This document shows positions 56,465-57,610 of a stretch of 57,610 nucleotides of DNA, one piece after another; position 1 is the stretch's first letter, and each line of letters begins with the position of its first letter. Source of the DNA: Nemertoderma westbladi (taxonomy: Eukaryota; Animalia; Xenacoelomorpha); NCBI GenBank assembly GCA_032718475.1, contig JAUCBJ010004502.1, positions 1-57,610 on the forward strand. The letters are read 5' to 3'. The notes under the pieces are model-generated. The model saw only the letters and a program-made list of their open reading frames with translations, had not been told where the DNA came from and made no database searches. Position numbers and translations under genes: made by a program.

Positions 56465-57610
56465 ATGAGTGACACACCCCATTCGACGAGATACCCACCT
56501 ACCGACTATGACTCGTGCGACCCGGACAGATCGACAGTAGACGAACCGAGAAGGAGAACCCGAGATTCCACCGATGTCACACCGCTTGCGTCGCCGGTAC
56601 CCCGAACGGAAATACCGGAAGCCGCAACGCGTGGCGACGGCAGGATCGAAGATTTCCTTACTGTCCCGCAGACTAGATCGCGGGAACCGGACATGGTAAG
56701 TTCGACTGGAAGCCAGGAGAACGTTATTAGAAGTATAGGAGGACACATGGCCCAGATTACTCGGAACCTCGGAGAAGGTTTTCGCGTTTTACGCGAGTTA
56801 ACCGCCCCGATGTCGAGATACGAGTTCTACACCTTACAGGTAAGGATAGAAAGTAGGGTACATGCCTCCGTAGATAAACTTAAAGGTTTGCACGAACTTG
56901 CAGAGTTGCGTGGCGACAACTTTACTCAGGTAAAGATAGTAGATAAATTGGTAAGTGCGAGAGAAAGCCTTATCCAGTTTAAGTCGGTAATAAGCTTGGC
57001 TCAACAGGAGCAGTTCGACCAACTGCTAGGTGAGTCAGTTTCGGACGCGTTGTTACAACCCGAAGAGGAAGAAGAACTCTACTGCCTGGACGGAAGGTTG
57101 GAAACGCTGACCAATTTTCTTCGTAGATGCGGTGTACCGATCGACGAACCGGAAGTCGAACCGCGAGGGACGACGGAAGTTCTCACTACGGAAGGCTCGC
57201 GAGCCTACCAACATCCACCACTGGATAGATCGTTCGTTAGCGTACGGAGCGACGTTGGCAACGTTGGCGACGTTAGTAGAACAGCGTCTGGAATTACTCG
57301 ACAACAACAGGAGGTTGCACGCCGACAACAAGTCGCCGAGGAAGAAGCGCGACACCAGATGGCACAGATCGCCATCGAAGGAGAGAAACAACGTAGAGAA
57401 GACGAGGCAAGAATTGCACAACTCAAGGCGCAAGCTGAATTCGAAGCATCAGAAATGCGCAGATTGGAGGAGGACTTAGTGCGAGAAGCAGCAGCTGACG
57501 AGTTAGCACGGAAAAAGGCAGCATCCGACGCTCGTGCCAAGATGGAGGCACGGCAAATAAATGCTCGATTAGCTATACAGGAAGCGGAATTAGCGGCACA
57601 ACAACAGGAC
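56465..57610 (+). CDS. gag N-terminus of element D, open to the window end (absent from the ORF track)
   Basis: Manual translation MSDTPHSTRYPPTDYDSCD...ELTAPMSRYEFYTLQVR...LLGESVSD has no stop in 382 codons and is colinear with gag of C. Confidence 0.85.
   Translation, partial: MSDTPHSTRYPPTDYDSCDPDRSTVDEPRRRTRDSTDVTPLASPVPRTEIPEAATRGDGRIEDFLTVPQTRSREPDMVSSTGSQENVIRSIGGHMAQITRNLGEGFRVLRELTAPMSRYEFYTLQVRIESRVHASVDKLKGLHELAELRGDNFTQVKIVDKLVSARESLIQFKSVISLAQQEQFDQLLGESVSDALLQPEEEEELYCLDGRLETLTNFLRRCGVPIDEPEVEPRGTTEVLTTEGSRAYQHPPLDRSFVSVRSDVGNVGDVSRTASGITRQQQEVARRQQVAEEEARHQMAQIAIEGEKQRREDEARIAQLKAQAEFEASEMRRLEEDLVREAAADELARKKAASDARAKMEARQINARLAIQEAELAAQQQD

Larger units (their letters stand above)
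53290..57610 (+). mobile_element. Element D: 5' part of a relative of element C (runs off the window)
   Basis: Leader blocks shared with C (TCATTCGTGAGTAT, ATATAAATCACACCGTGGCAA, TTAGGATTCGCTGCGCGGG, TCTGCCTCACCGGTTA, CACGTCCGGTTTGTAT) and a homologous gag. Confidence 0.8.

Overview
Eukaryotic (probably invertebrate animal) DNA made almost entirely of nested transposable elements; no host gene is evident. Labels A-G are mine. Element B (34288-50213, minus) is a young, nearly intact BEL/Pao LTR retrotransposon with a GTAAC target-site duplication. It has ~1.55-kb LTRs, gag-protease, RT-RNaseH-integrase, and a third 866-aa ORF encoding a DEDD(y)-type 3'-5' exonuclease-like domain plus CCHC zinc knuckles. 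Its LTRs carry an array of six covarying kink-turn/UUCG RNA hairpins, plus a second hairpin type that recurs inside ORF3. It has no tRNA primer-binding site, but a 13-nt segment complementary to its own LTR sits in that position, suggesting self-priming. A decayed, distantly related BEL element A (minus, ~4.7-14.2 kb) carries a homologous exonuclease ORF3. B is inserted in element C, a BEL-derived gag-protease-integrase element with no RT/RNaseH; relatives D and E are also present. C and D begin with a tRNA-like Pol III module followed by CCAAT/TATA boxes. The window also holds a decayed Ty3/Gypsy element (G), two copies of a TTAA-specific piggyBac-like MITE, a 5'-truncated RTE-like LINE, a CRE-like fragment, two 3' ends of another LTR family (F), Helentron/MITE-like fragments and minisatellites. 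All calls come from reading the sequence by eye; no searches or folding programs were run.
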